Shown here piece by piece: positions 35,424 through 47,501 of a stretch of 64,000 bases of DNA. Source of the stretch: Leucoraja ocellata. Its lineage: Eukaryota. The stretch is from contig JAWMAR010000001.1 of assembly GCA_036785375.1 (NCBI GenBank), positions 10,230,001-10,294,000 on the forward strand, written 5' to 3'. The position numbers and the translations under genes were made by a program. Under the pieces are notes generated by a model. That model was given only the letters and a program-made list of their open reading frames with translations, did no database searches and had not been told where the DNA came from. Numbering within the stretch: position 1 is the stretch's first letter; each line of letters starts with the position of its first letter.

Positions 35424-36978
35424 AAGTCAAGTCAAGTCAAGTCAAGTTTATTTGTCACATACACATACGAGATGCGCAGTGAAATGAAAGTGGCAATGCT
35501 CGCGGACCTTTGTGCAAAAGACAAACAACCAAACAACCAAACAAACTATAAACACAATCATAACACACATATTCTTTTACATAATAAATAATGGAAGGAA
35601 AAACGTTCAGTAGAGTTAGTCCCTGGTGAGATAGGCGTTTACAGTCCGAATGGCCTCTGGGAAGAAACTCCTTCTCAACCTCTCCGTTCTCACCGCATGG
35701 CAACAGAGGCGTTTGCCTGACCGTAGCAGCTGGAACAGTCCGTTGCAGGGGTGGAAGGGGTCTCTCATGATATTGTTGGCTCTGGAGTTGCACCTCCTGA
35801 TGTATAGTTCCTGCAGGGGGGCAAGTGTAGTTCCCATAGTGTGTTCGGCCGAACGCACTACTCTCTGCAGAGCCTTCTTGTCCTTGGCAGAGCAATTCCC
35901 AAACCAGATGGTAATGTTGCCGGAGAAGATGCTTTCCGCCGCCGCTGCGTAGAAGCACTGGAGGATCCTCAGAGACACTCTGAATTTCCTCAATTGCCTG
36001 AGGTGGTAAAGGCGCTGCCTTGCCTTACTCACGAGTGCTGAGGCATGTGATGCCCATGTCATATCCTCGAGGATGTGGACTCCCAGATATTTAAAACAGT
36101 TCACCCTATCCACAGGATCCCCATTTATCCTCAATTGAGTGTACGTCCTCGGATGATGTACCCTCCTAAATTCCTTGATCAGCTCCTTCGTTTTTTTGAT
36201 GTTCAAGAGGAGGCTGTTATCCTGGCACCAGAGTGCTAGACCAGCCACCTCCTCCCAGTAGGCCTTCTCATTGTTGTCTGAGATCAGGCCCACCACCACA
36301 GTGTCATCAGCAAACTTAATTATTGAGTTGGAGCTGTACCTAGCCACACAGTCATGTGTGTATAGGGAGTACAATAGGGGGCTGAGGACGCAACCCTGGG
36401 GCGATCCTGTGCTCAGGGTGAGGGACTTCGATGTATTCCCTCCCATCTTGACTTCCTGGGGCCTGGCGGTGAGAAAGTCCAGGACCCAGGCACACAGGGA
36501 TGTGTTGAGCCCCAATTCCATTATCTTCCCGGCCAGTCTGGTGGGGACTATCGTGTTGAAGGCTGAACTGTAGTCTATGAACAGCATCCTCACTTAGCCC
36601 CCCTTTTGGCTGTCCAGATGGGAGAGAGCGGTGTGCAAGACCTGGGAGACCGCATCGTCCGTGGATCTGTTCGGACGGTATGTGAACTGCAACGGGTCCA
36701 TGTTCCGAGGGAGGAAGGCGCAGATGTGTTTCTTCACCAGCCTCTCAAAGCATTTCATGACTACCGAGGTAAGGGCCACCGGACGGTAGTCATGCAGACA
36801 GGCTGGGGAGGCATTTTTTGGTACCGGTACAATGATGGATTTTTTGAAGCAGGCAGGGACCACAGACTTGTCCAGGGAGAGGTTGAATAATGTAGTGAGC
36901 ACTGGGGCTAGCTGCATAGCACAGGACTTGAGTACTCGCCCCGAGATACCATCAAGGCCTGCAGCTTTTCTCGTGTTC
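35424..36978 (-). mobile_element. Rex1/Babar LINE, 5'-truncated
   Basis: [56 protein letters not shown]; AATAAA+(CTTGA)n tail. Confidence 0.93.
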
Positions 36979-37135
36979 TCCAGGCAAGGACTGGAGGCAA
37001 GGACAGCTTTGTTTCTTAAGAAGTTACAAATAACTCCTGAATTTTATATTTTTCAAAATGTCCAATAATTTAGGTACTGATAAATTAGAATATCAGCTGA
37101 TTTAGATTAGCATAATTATTTAATTGGTATTATTT

Positions 37136-37445
37136 ATTTTAGTTTAGTTTAGAGATACAGCGCAGTAACAGGCCCTTCGGGCCACAGAGCCTGCGTTGAC
37201 CACTGATCCCCACACACTAACACTATCCTACACTCACTATGACATTTTACAATTATACCAATGCAATTAGCCTACAAACCAGTATGTCTTTGGAGTGTGG
37301 GAGGAGACCAGGGATCCCGGAGAAAACCTCCACAGGTCATGGGGTGAACGTACAAACTCCGCAAAGGCAAGCACCCATAGTCAGGATTGATTCCAGGTTT
37401 CTGGCACTGTAAGGCAGCAACTCTACCACATTGCCCCCGTGCCGC
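37136..37445 (-). mobile_element. V-SINE (HE1-like)
   Basis: Reverse complement of the 982-1286 family, including the (AAACT)n tail. Confidence 0.85.
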
Positions 37446-37584
37446 ACTTATCTTTGAGCTTTATCTTTAACTTCACTTTTGACAATATATATATTATATA
37501 TAACGAACGTGCTTGTTTATGGACATAATTAATATATTTTGTCTTCCATTCCCACACTCCCCCAACAACCTTCTGGTTCTATAG

Positions 37585-37726
37585 ACGTGGAAAATATAAT
37601 TGTTTGGGGAAACATTGGCAGAACTACTTACATTGACCTGCACAAAGCACGTGTTCATCGGTACGAAAGCGCAGTCTGGGGTCCAGCTGATTTTTCACTC
37701 CCTGTAATGGAGGTAATCAAAGATAG
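37585..37726 (+). CDS. MDH1B: MDH1B internal coding exon (142 nt, phase 1/2)
   Basis: ctatag|ACGTG...GATAG|gtaaga; DVENIIVWGNIGRTTYIDLHKARVHRYESAVWGPADFSLPVMEVIKD, the MDH1B IIWGNI...RYESAIWGP block. Confidence 0.95.
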
Positions 37727-37939
37727 GTAAGAAACGATTCTTGATAGAGAATAGGTTTGCACTGAATATTTTCTTCAATATCCATCTGTCTGGGTAGAGA
37801 ATTCTAAATATTAATAATCTTAACTCAAATTAGAAATAGTTCTAAAGAAGCATTTCTTTATCTTGACAGAGTCCACCGTGGGAAACATTCTCTTGCTCCA
37901 TTCTCTTTGGCCATTCATGTAACCTCCCTATATCAGATT

Positions 37940-39049
37940 CAGGGCCGGCCTTAGGAGTTGCGGGGCCCAATTAGAAACCATTTTGGCGAGCCCCAGGTTC
38001 CCAGCCAAGGTCTGTAGATTCATAGAAATATAATTAAAGTCTATTATAGACTTTATATCTCTATGGTAGAATGGAAAGTAATCAGAATGTGCACTTAAAA
38101 AGTGCATGCGACTTAATGGACCAAACAGATCTAAGTTACATTTTAATGTAAAATTGCATACATGTAAGCCTACAAGTAACAAACAAAATGTGTAGATCAC
38201 CTCTGAAAAGTACATAGTTACAATACCACTTGTTTTAGTGACTGTGAAATTAAAAAAAAAGTAATTTAATTAAATAGATCCTGGAAAACCAATAACCATT
38301 GGTGAAAAACCAGTCCAGGCATTACATTTTGGGTTTCAGCCCCATCCTACCCTTTGGGCTTCTACCCCATCCTAACTTAGTTGTGTGTGTTAGTTGGCTG
38401 TGCATGATGTATGTGTTAGTTGTCTTTGCGTTATGTGTGTGGGGGAGGGAAGGAGAGAAGGGAGGGAGGGAGGGAGAGAAGGAGAGAAGGGAGGGAGGAC
38501 AGAAGGGAGTGAGGGAAGTACAGAAAGGAGGGAGGGAAGGAGAGAAAGAAGGGATGGAGGGAATTAGAGAATGGAAAACAGAGAGGAAGGGGGGAGGGAA
38601 AGAGAGGAGGGAGGGAAGAAGGGAAAGAGAGAAGGGAGGAAGAGGGCCGGCGGCGGGAGCGGATGCCGGGGTCCGGGCGGAAGGATGTGAGCTGAGGCCG
38701 ATGTTTGTAAACGTTGCTCCAATCCCCGGCCCTCCATGTATTGTTCACCGCGTCTCCCCAGGGAGAGAGAGGGGTGGAGCCGGGGCTGTGTGCATGAAGC
38801 TCGGCGACTGGAGGGGCGGGAGGGCTGCCGTGAGCGAACGACCCACCTCCCCCGCTCCCCCTTCTCCATTCCCCCTCACACCCCCCTCCCCATCTACCCC
38901 TTTCTTCCCCCTCCACCCCTCTACTTTCTCTCCATCCCTCCACCCGGGGTAGATCTACCCGAGCCGAGAGTAGATTACTGGCGCTGGGCTCCCTTATTCG
39001 CGGGGCCCAATTGGGAGCAATCGGTCCAATCGGCTTAAGGCCGGCCCTG
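37940..39049. mobile_element. Non-autonomous hAT (Tip100-like) DNA transposon
   Basis: TIRs CAGGGCCGGCCTTA / TAAGGCCGGCCCTG, subterminal GCGGGGCCCAATT repeats, perfect 8-bp TSD ATCAGATT (37932-37939; 39050-39057). Confidence 0.92.
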
Positions 39050-40939
39050 ATCAGATTACATCTTGTGTGTCTTTCACAATGTTTTTCCCATCTGACTTTG
39101 TAACATTAACAAACTTGGATCCATATGCCATCCCACTAAATACATCTTCTCAACTTAAAGTGATCCATTTTCCTTACTCTTTTGGTCAGTTAACTAATTC
39201 TCCATTCTAATCCATTACCCGAAATATCATGAACTCTTATCATGAGAAGTACATTTTTACATGGCTTATCATTTTTTTTTTGGCCAAATCCACTGATTCC
39301 CATGTATTCATCTTTTTAATAATATCCTCAATGAACTCAAATAGGTATACTAGATTAGAACTTGAAACATCACGTCACAGTAGGCATTGGATAAGATGTG
39401 TGGAAATAGGACAAGTAATAATGGGGATACTTAATGGTTGACACGGACATCTGTGATTCTAAGATTTTGATTTAATAATCTCTGAAAACTTTGTGCAATA
39501 ATAATTATTTTTGAATGAAATTGGCTCCACCAATTTTCACAAGAATACAATTTAAGTTAATCTGTGTATCTTTATCTGTCCTTTCACAATTTGTAAAGTT
39601 GAATTTGTGATCATCCTATCTGCTGGGCCCTATTTGGTATTTAGAAAATGTTGCAAACTTATAACCAAAGCAGCTCATATCTCTGTTATTTTGCATGGAT
39701 CCCTGGTATTCAGGCTGTAAGATCCAGGGGGTTTGTCAAACTGTAATTCAATTTAGCAATTGTTTTACATTCCTCTTTTCCTTGTCTTGGCCCAGTTGTA
39801 ACTGTTTTTACCATGCTGTTTGTGCCTTCCATTGAGAACTGACAACAAAAAATACGTGTTGTAATTTATATCTTTATTATATCTTTAATTATATCTTTAA
39901 TTCAAGCCATCCTATATGTCTATTGGTCTGTTGTCAACCAGTGCCTTGGCTCTTTGAAGTACTGCTGTAGATTGTCGAGAAATGTTTCTGGAACCATTCT
40001 TATTTCTATGCACACGTCTGTATCTTCTGTGTGGCCTAGATCTCTCCACTGGAAAGAAGAAGGATTTTCAGACATCATACGCCTTAACATATATTTTCTC
40101 AAAATCTGCTTCATTTTCGACATCCTTTACCATCAAGTAATGCTTCCTTAACCTTTTCATCTCCCATACAGCTTTAGGATGAGGGATTCATAATACATTG
40201 AGTGACAGAAAAGCTGGGATTGTTCTCTTCAGCAGATAATTAATTGAATTGTTCAAAATTAGAGTTTTAATTCATAACCCAAAAATGAAGATACTCAGCA
40301 GGGAAGTTAGCATCTGTGGAGAGAAAAATCTTAATGTGTCAGGTTGTGGACTTTTCATCAGAAATTCTGGCAAATAGGACAAAACCTCTCCACTGGCAGG
40401 CCTGCAACTAACTGGAGTACAAAGTAGTGACATAACAGGCCCGTATGAAGCTTGTTTTTTAATATTTTACTGATAGCCTGCACATATGTGAATTTTTCAC
40501 AATTCTTGTAATAGAATTTTATGATAAAGAATCATAAAACGTTTGTTTTTTACTGCACCAAGGAGATCTTCCAACTCCATCTTCTGCCTAGGTTCCACAG
40601 CAGCAACATCATCTACGGACTGCTGCATTACTGTAGACAGATACATGATGACCATGAAAACATGCAGATTTTTGTAATATTCATATTACATTAAAAATAT
40701 GCTGCAAAAAGAGTCACAAACTTTGGAATTCATAATTTTCAGTATAGTTATCAAGGCAAAGAAAGCAGTTCAAATTGTTTGATATTATTTGATATTATTC
40801 ATGAGGAAAAAATATAATAGCTCTAAAACCTACCTCAATTTTACAATCTCATTAAAATATTCCCCCTTTCCCTCTCCCTTCCCCTATCTCTCTCCCCCTA
40901 CCCTTACCCACTCTCTCTCTTCTCTCCCCCCTCTCACAT

Positions 40940-41392
40940 CCCCCCTCTTTCTGGCGGGGGAGGGGGGGGCGAATATGAAGGTGATGCGGGCCCACCAGCG
41001 GCATCTGGTGGTGGGGTTACAGCCACTCCAGCGCCGGCAACGGGAGGACGAGCTCCTGGTCGCCAGGCTGGCCGATGGCAAGGTTCGGACGCCGCGGATG
41101 GAAATGCTGGAAAAGGCGTGCAGACACCGCACCCCCCCCCCCCCCCCCCCCTCCCACTACTTACCTGGAGTAGACGCGAGGCATCGAGCTCAATGGGGGA
41201 AGCACAAATGGCAGTCTGATCCCGCCCGGGCCCACTGCGCATGCGCGGATAGACGGCGCCATTTTGCGTCGCTTCCCCAACTGCGCAGGCGCGGATGGGC
41301 GCATTTGTTTCTCCCCCAGCAGCCGGAGCCAGAATTCCGGGCGATTTCCCAGTGCACCCCCCCCTTCGGACGGCCATACATAAGGACTATTG
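40940..41392 (-). promoter_or_regulatory. CpG-rich island with NRF1/YY1-like motifs and a minus-strand splice donor (probably TE-borne)
   Basis: TGCGCATGCGC (41236), CTGCGCAGGCGC (41281), CGCCATTTT (41257); minus-strand CAG|GTAAGT at ~41159-41167. Confidence 0.4.
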
Positions 41393-41668
41393 AGGGTGAC
41401 AAAGAGGTGACAAAGAGGTGAATCTGTTTTATGTACTGGTAGGTCTGGAATGTATTTGGTAAGTTGCATAATTAATTGATTTGATGATCTCTATAAACAT
41501 GTCATATCTCCCCCATATAAAACACACCAATCCTTAAATCTTCTAAAAGTTCTTATATAACTACATTGTTGCATGATTTGTAAATTGGCCTCAATTGTTA
41601 GATATAATTATTGGGAAATTTTTACACCAGTGCCATGTATTATTTTTGTATTAACTTTTACATTACAG

Positions 41669-41844
41669 AAAATGGATAGAGACCGAGTTCCAGGAAGCAG
41701 TACATTCTCACCGAACAACACTTCGGCAGATAATAAAACATCCTATAGGTTCTTCCTTGGCCATTTCAATATACAAAGTCTTGCAGTACTGGTACTTTGA
41801 TTCACCACCAGGGGAGATACTGTCTCTTGGAGTTATCAGCAAAG
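41669..41844 (+). CDS. MDH1B: MDH1B internal coding exon (176 nt, phase 2/1)
   Basis: ttacag|AAAATGG...AAAG|gtgagt; KWIETEFQEAV...LQYWYFDSPPGEILSLGVISK, matching MDH1B YWYHGSPPGEIVSLGILS. Confidence 0.94.
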
Positions 41845-42094
41845 GTGAGTTACACGCTGTAAAAATTATCTTTCTCTCCAGTTTGCTCTTCTCTTTCTAC
41901 ACTGCTGACGTGTTAAAGCATATCTAGATAGTTATTTTACCAGTACAAGCCTGAGTGGTTTTGGTGCACCTCTGTCTTATATCCAATTATTTCTATATTT
42001 CCAAACTGGAATTAAGGGTAGGGGGCCAATTTGACCTTTACTGTCTAATCCAATCAAGCTAAAACCAATCTATCATGGCACTCTATCGCCACCT

Positions 42095-42720
42095 CCACCG
42101 GATGGCGCTTCGATGGCAGCCTTGCCTACAGTCTGTCCTTTTAGTTTTTTTTGTATTTTTTAGTGTTTATAAAGTCTGTGTTAATGTTCTCTGGTTTTTT
42201 TTTTGTGAAGTGTGAGCGCGGGGGCAGGGGAAACTTTTTTTCAATCTCTTACCTTGCCGAGATGCAATTGTTTTCCGGATCGTATCTCCGGTCGCTCTGC
42301 AGCCTAACATCGTGGAGCTGGAGGCCTTGCTCGGGACTGACTTTGAGCCCCACTGCGGGCGTGGATTGGGATCAACGCTCCAACTGCGGCCTGCGGACTT
42401 TAACATCAGGATCTCGCAGTCTCAGGTAAGAGACCGACGTCGGGAAGCTCCAAAAGCCACCTGACGTTCAACTCGCCCGGCATGGGGAGCTGAGATTCTC
42501 CCCCGATGGAGATGTTTGATCACCCCGATGAGGAAACCCGCTGCCGGCTATGGGAGTAAGATCATCCTGTCAATGGAAGGTTAGAGGCCCCCATCCACTG
42601 GAGAACAAAGAAGGGATAGATATAACTTTTTTTCGCCTTCCATCACAGTGAGAAATGTGGAGGAGTCACTGTGGTGGATATTTATGTTAAAATGTATTTT
42701 GTGTGTTCTGTTGCTTTTAT
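42095..42720 (+). mobile_element. CpG-rich non-coding interspersed element
   Basis: GATGGCGC head, T tract, GGGGAAAC, GCCTAACATCGTGGAGC, 3' hairpin CCATCACAGTGA...TCACTGTGGTGG; same layout as 59660-60550. Confidence 0.6.
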
Positions 42721-42734
42721 TCGCCCTACCCCTC

Positions 42735-42915
42735 TGTGGATTGTCACCTTGTCGTGGTGGAGAAGCTTGTGTGGTCCTGAGATCCTGAGAGAAATGCCAT
42801 CTGGACCTATGCTCCTGGTAGGGCCACCCATGGCTGTAAGGTTGAGGGGGAGGTCTCTGACAAAGAGCAATTCAACCAAGGCCTCAACAGTGGAACAGGC
42901 AGAGGATGATGGCAC
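42735..42915 (+). mobile_element. RTE (Expander/BovB-type) 5' UTR fragment
   Basis: CACCTTGTCGTGGTGGAGAAGCTTG...CTCCTGGTAGGGCCACCCA...CTGACAAAGAGC resembles the conserved RTE/Bov-A 5' region. Confidence 0.6.
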
Positions 42916-42995
42916 ACGTCAAAGAGAAAGATCAAGGTGTTAAAAGCAGTATTCCATGGCTGAAAGGAAATAAAGGATGCAAAGAATGAAAATAT

Positions 42996-45900
42996 AGTGG
43001 TGCGTAGGTCTCAAAACGAAAGGGAGGAGTCAGGTATTTCGAGAGGCACCTTTATTTGCGTTCCTCCCAGTTGTAGGGAAGTCCACACAAGAGAAAGATG
43101 GCACCCAAACCCCTGCCTTTAAACCCTCTGGTTAAGGGCCGCCTCTGGACTGAACCACTCCCGTGCCGAGGGGTTCGACAGTTAGGATGACCCGACCCTT
43201 GGGAACCGCAACAGGATCCCCCCCTCCCCCAGAACCCGAGACACAGAACGCACCGACGGGCGCACGACCCGGCCGGCCTGAGTGCGGAAGTCAGCCGATC
43301 GTGGGGCTGGCGGAGGCATAGGTTGAGGGATCGGCGGGAGGACAGGTGGAGTGACAGGCGGAGGGAGCCGTGAAGGGGGGTGCCCTCGAGGCTGAGGTTG
43401 GGCAACCAGCACCGGCTGGTCAATGTCCAGGTGTGCCGGCTTCAACCGGTCAATCAACATGGCCTCTGGCCGGCCCCCCATGTCCAGCACAAAAGTCGGC
43501 TGCCCGTGTTCCAGCACCCAGAACGAGCCCTCGTACGGCCTCTGGAGCGGCGTCCGGTGGGCATCACGGCGCAGGAAAACGTATGGGCAGTCCCGGAGGG
43601 CTGATGGCACATGCGGGCGAAATGTCCCATGGCGGGACGTCGGGACGGGTGCGAGCCTGCCAACTCGCTCGCGAAGACGCTTTAAGGTGGATGCGGGCGT
43701 TCCCTGCTGCCCCGGCGCTGACGGCACTAAATTCCCAGGCACCATGAGTGGCGACCCGTACATGAGCTTCGCTGATGATGAGGCCAAGTCCTCTTTAGGA
43801 GCAGTCCGAATGCCCAGCACGACCCACGGCAACTCGTCCATCCAGTCCGGGCCGGAGAGTCGCGCCTTCAGCGCTGCCTTGAGCTGCCAGTGGAACCTCT
43901 CCACCAGACCGTTAGCTTGTGGGTGATAAGCCGTGGTGTGGTGCAGCCGCACCCCAAGCAAGCAAGCCATAGCCGACCACAGCTTGGAGGTGAACTGTGG
44001 CCCCCAGTCTGAGGAGATGTGTGCCGGAACCCCGAGCAAACCAGTGTGCGGACAACGCACAAGCGCACATTGCTGTTGAAGTGTCGGCCAGCGGAATGGC
44101 CTCCGGCCACCGCGTGATGCGGTCCACCATCGTGAGAAGGTGGGTGATGCCCCGGGACGGCGGAAGAGGCCCTACAATGTCTACATGGAGATGGTCGAAT
44201 CGCCGGTGAGATAGACTGAACTACTGGAGAGGCGCACGGACATGGCACTGGATCTTCGGCGTCTGGCACGGAATGCGAGCAGACCGTGCCACATGAAACG
44301 AGCGACCACTAGTGTCATTGTCGCCCGGATTGTTTGGTGAGACAGTCTGTGGATAACCTCAAACACCTTCCGGCGCCAGGCGGCAGGGACGATGGGGCGT
44401 GGCTGACCGGACGATACATCGCACAGGATCGTTGCTCCTCCAGGACCGAGAGGCACATCCTCAAGGCGGAGGCCAGAGATGGCAGTCCAGTAGGCGGGCA
44501 TCTCACCGTCCATGAGCTGTGCCTCTGCAAGGGCAGAATAGTCAATTCCGGGTGCCACCTCGAAAACGGCGTAGATAGCGGGGCGGGACAATGCGTCATC
44601 CACCCGGTTCTCTTTCCCCTCGACGTAGCGGATAGATGTAGTATATTCCGAAATGTAGGGCAATTGCCGCTGCTGTCGTGCGGACCAGGGGTCGGAGACC
44701 TTTGCCAGGGCGAAAGTGAGCGGCTTGTGGTCCATGTAGGCGATGAACGGGCCGCCCTCCAGGAAGTAGCGGAAGTGGCGCTCTGCCAGGTACAGAGCCA
44801 GGAGCTCGCGATCGAACGCGCTGTATTTGGTCTGCGCGCGGTTGAGGTGTCGGCTGAAGAAGGCGAGGGGATGCCAACATCCGCCCGTCAGTTGCTCCAG
44901 CACGGCACCAACCACCGACTCCGAGGCGTCCACCGTGAGCAGTCGGGGCATCTTTCCGCGGGTGCACCAGCAGTATGGCCCGAGCAAGGGCCTCCTTCGC
45001 GCCGCCAAATGCTGCCACTGCCTCGTGGGTCCATTCAACTTTCTTATGCTGCCCACCTGCCAGAAGTTGATACAGCGGCCGCATGATGTGGGCTGCGGAT
45101 GGCACGAAACAATGGTAAAATGCCACCATGCTGACAAACCCCTGCAGGCCGCGCACCGTGCGTGGGTGGGGAAACCGACGGATGGCGTCGACCCTGTCCG
45201 GCAAGGTAACCGTGCCTTGCGAAGTCACGCGGTGGCCGAGGAAGTCGATCTCACTTACCCCAAAATGGCACTTGTCGAGGTTGATAGCCAAACCATGCTC
45301 GCTGAGCCACTGACAGAGCTGCCAGAGGTGGGCGCCGTGCTCCTGCTGCGAGTGGCTGACCACGAGGATGTCGTCCAGGTAAACAAAGACAAAATCGAGG
45401 TCGCGACATACCCCATCCATTAGGCATTGAAAAGCCTGCACAGCGTTCTTGAGGCCGAACGGCATCCGCGTGAACTCATAAAGTCCGAATGGCGTGATGA
45501 TCGCCATCTTGGGTACATCATCCAGGTAGACCGGGATCTGATTATAACCCCGTACCAGATCCACTTTTGAAAATATTGTAGCCTCAGCCAAATGGGCGGT
45601 GAAGTCCAGGATGTGGGGTACGGGGTATCGATCCGCTGTTGTTGCGGCATTCAGCCATCGGTAATCCCCACAAGGTCGCCAGCCCCCGCTTGCTTTAGGG
45701 ACCATGTGGAGTGGGGACGCCCATGGGCTGCTTGAAGGGTGGACGATCCCCAAGGACTCCATTGTGCGGAATTCCTGCCGTGCCAGACGCAGTTTATCCA
45801 GCGGTAGTCGGCGTGCTTGTGCATGGATAGGTGGGCCGGTAGTTTGTATAAAATGTACCACTCCATGACTGGGGGTCGATGACCGAAACTGTGTGGTCAG

Positions 45901-47501
45901 GATCTCCGGGAACGCAGCCAAGATCCGTGCGAAGTCGGAATCCACGGACGACAGGGGGCGTTCCACCGGCTGATCCAAACATAACGTGATCGGCTCCATT
46001 GTAGCGGCATTGACCAAGCGCTGATGCCTGACGTCCACCAGGAGGGAATGCGCCCGGAGGAAGTTGGCCCCGAGCAACAGCTGGGAGACATCAGCAATGG
46101 TGAACCGCCATGAGAAATGGCAGGAGCCGAACACGATCGGGACCATGTGCGCTCCATACGTGCGGATGGGGCTGCCATTCGCCGCGGTGAGGCCGGGCAC
46201 CCGCTTACCGGTACGAATGTCGGCCAGCGAAAGGGGCAGGACGCTGAGCTCCACTCCAGTATCAACGAGGAAGCGGGTCCCGGAGCGCCGATCCCAGGCG
46301 AAGAGGCGGTGAATTTGGCCAGCCGCCGCGGGAACTGTTGGCAGCCGGCCCAGGCATTTCCCAGGAACGTGCACGGCTGGCGGCATAGTCGTGCTGCAGA
46401 TCCCCAGCACTGATGGTAGTATCACAAGCGCCTCATGTAGGTGGTACTTGGAGCTTGCTGGCTCCTGTTGGTGGCACTTACAGCTTGCTGGCGCTGGACT
46501 GCAGGTGCAATACCCGACACAGCCGCGGGGGGGGCGATCTTACGGGCCGTCGGGCTGGAGCTGTCACTCCTTCCACAGCTCCCCCGCCCCATCGGAGGAA
46601 ATCGGGAGCTGCCGGGGTGGCGTCATCGGTGCGCTAGCCGACGGCCAGCACGTTGACGTCATCAGGGCGCGTCGTCCTCAGTGCATCCCCGTCTCTGCTG
46701 ATGGCCAGCGCATTGACGTCATCAGGGCACTCCATCCACAGTGCGTCGGCGCGCCTCCCGAGGGCCCTGATGTCAGCGAAGGAGGCGTCCGTGAGCTGAA
46801 GACGGATGTAGGCCGGCAGCAGATGGAGATAAGTATACTCCAACAGCAGGCACGGTGTGTGCCCATCCAGGAGAGCAACCATCCCATTTAGGAGGCTAGA
46901 TGGCCGTCGGTCGCCTAGGCCCTCCATATGAAGGAGCCTAGCAGCACGCTCCATCCTGCTGAGTCTATAAATCTGGAGCAGGAGTTCCTTAAGTCCGAGG
47001 TATTTATCGGTGGCCGGGGGGGGCTGCGAGGAAGTCCATGACCTCTTCGACTGTGTGCTGGTCGAGGGCCCCCACCGGGTAATAGAAGCAGGTGGCATCG
47101 ACTGTGATGCCCCGCAGGTTGAATTGGGCCTCCGCTTGCTGGAATCAGATGTGCGGCCGGGTGGTCCAGAAGGTGGGCAATTTTATCGAGACCACGTCCA
47201 GAGACAGGGCCTGGCCGGCCTGTGAGGTGGTAGGGTGTTCTTCTTTCTCCATCATGACGACAATGGAGCGTCGGGATCACCAATGTGGTGCGTAGGTCTT
47301 GAAACGAAAGAGAGGAGTCAGGTATTTCAAGAGGCACCTTTATTTGTGTTCCTCCCGGTTGTAGGGAAGTCCACACGAGAGAAAGTTGGCACCCAAACCC
47401 CTGCCTTTAAACCCTCTGGTTAAGGGCTGCCTCCAGACTGAACCCCTCCCGTGCTGAGGGGTTCGACAGTTAGGATGGCCCGACCCTTGGGAGCCGCCAC
47501 A
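42996..47501 (-). mobile_element. Full-length CsRn1-like Gypsy LTR retrotransposon (frameshifted)
   Basis: 218-bp LTRs (42996-43213; 47284-47501), 4-bp TSD ATAT, PBS TGGTGATCCCGACG (tRNA-Trp-like), G-rich PPT; gag KLPTFWTTRPHIWFQQAEAQF, PR FLVDTG, RT YLDD, RH VDAS..., INT SDWGPQF..HPQANGLVERFH, GPY-like RPYEGSF. Confidence 0.95.

Noticed and set aside
38299-39038. Gly/Glu/Arg-rich and Pro/Ser-rich ORFs
   Set aside because: Products of GA-rich low-complexity sequence inside a TSD-flanked hAT MITE.
40545-40670. Possible extra MDH1B exon (acceptor-like ttttttactgcaccaag)
   Set aside because: The flanking exons already join in phase and collinearly with MDH1B; no similarity to the protein.
43370-47423. 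Many plus-strand ORFs
   Set aside because: Antisense shadows of the GC-rich Gypsy gag/pol.
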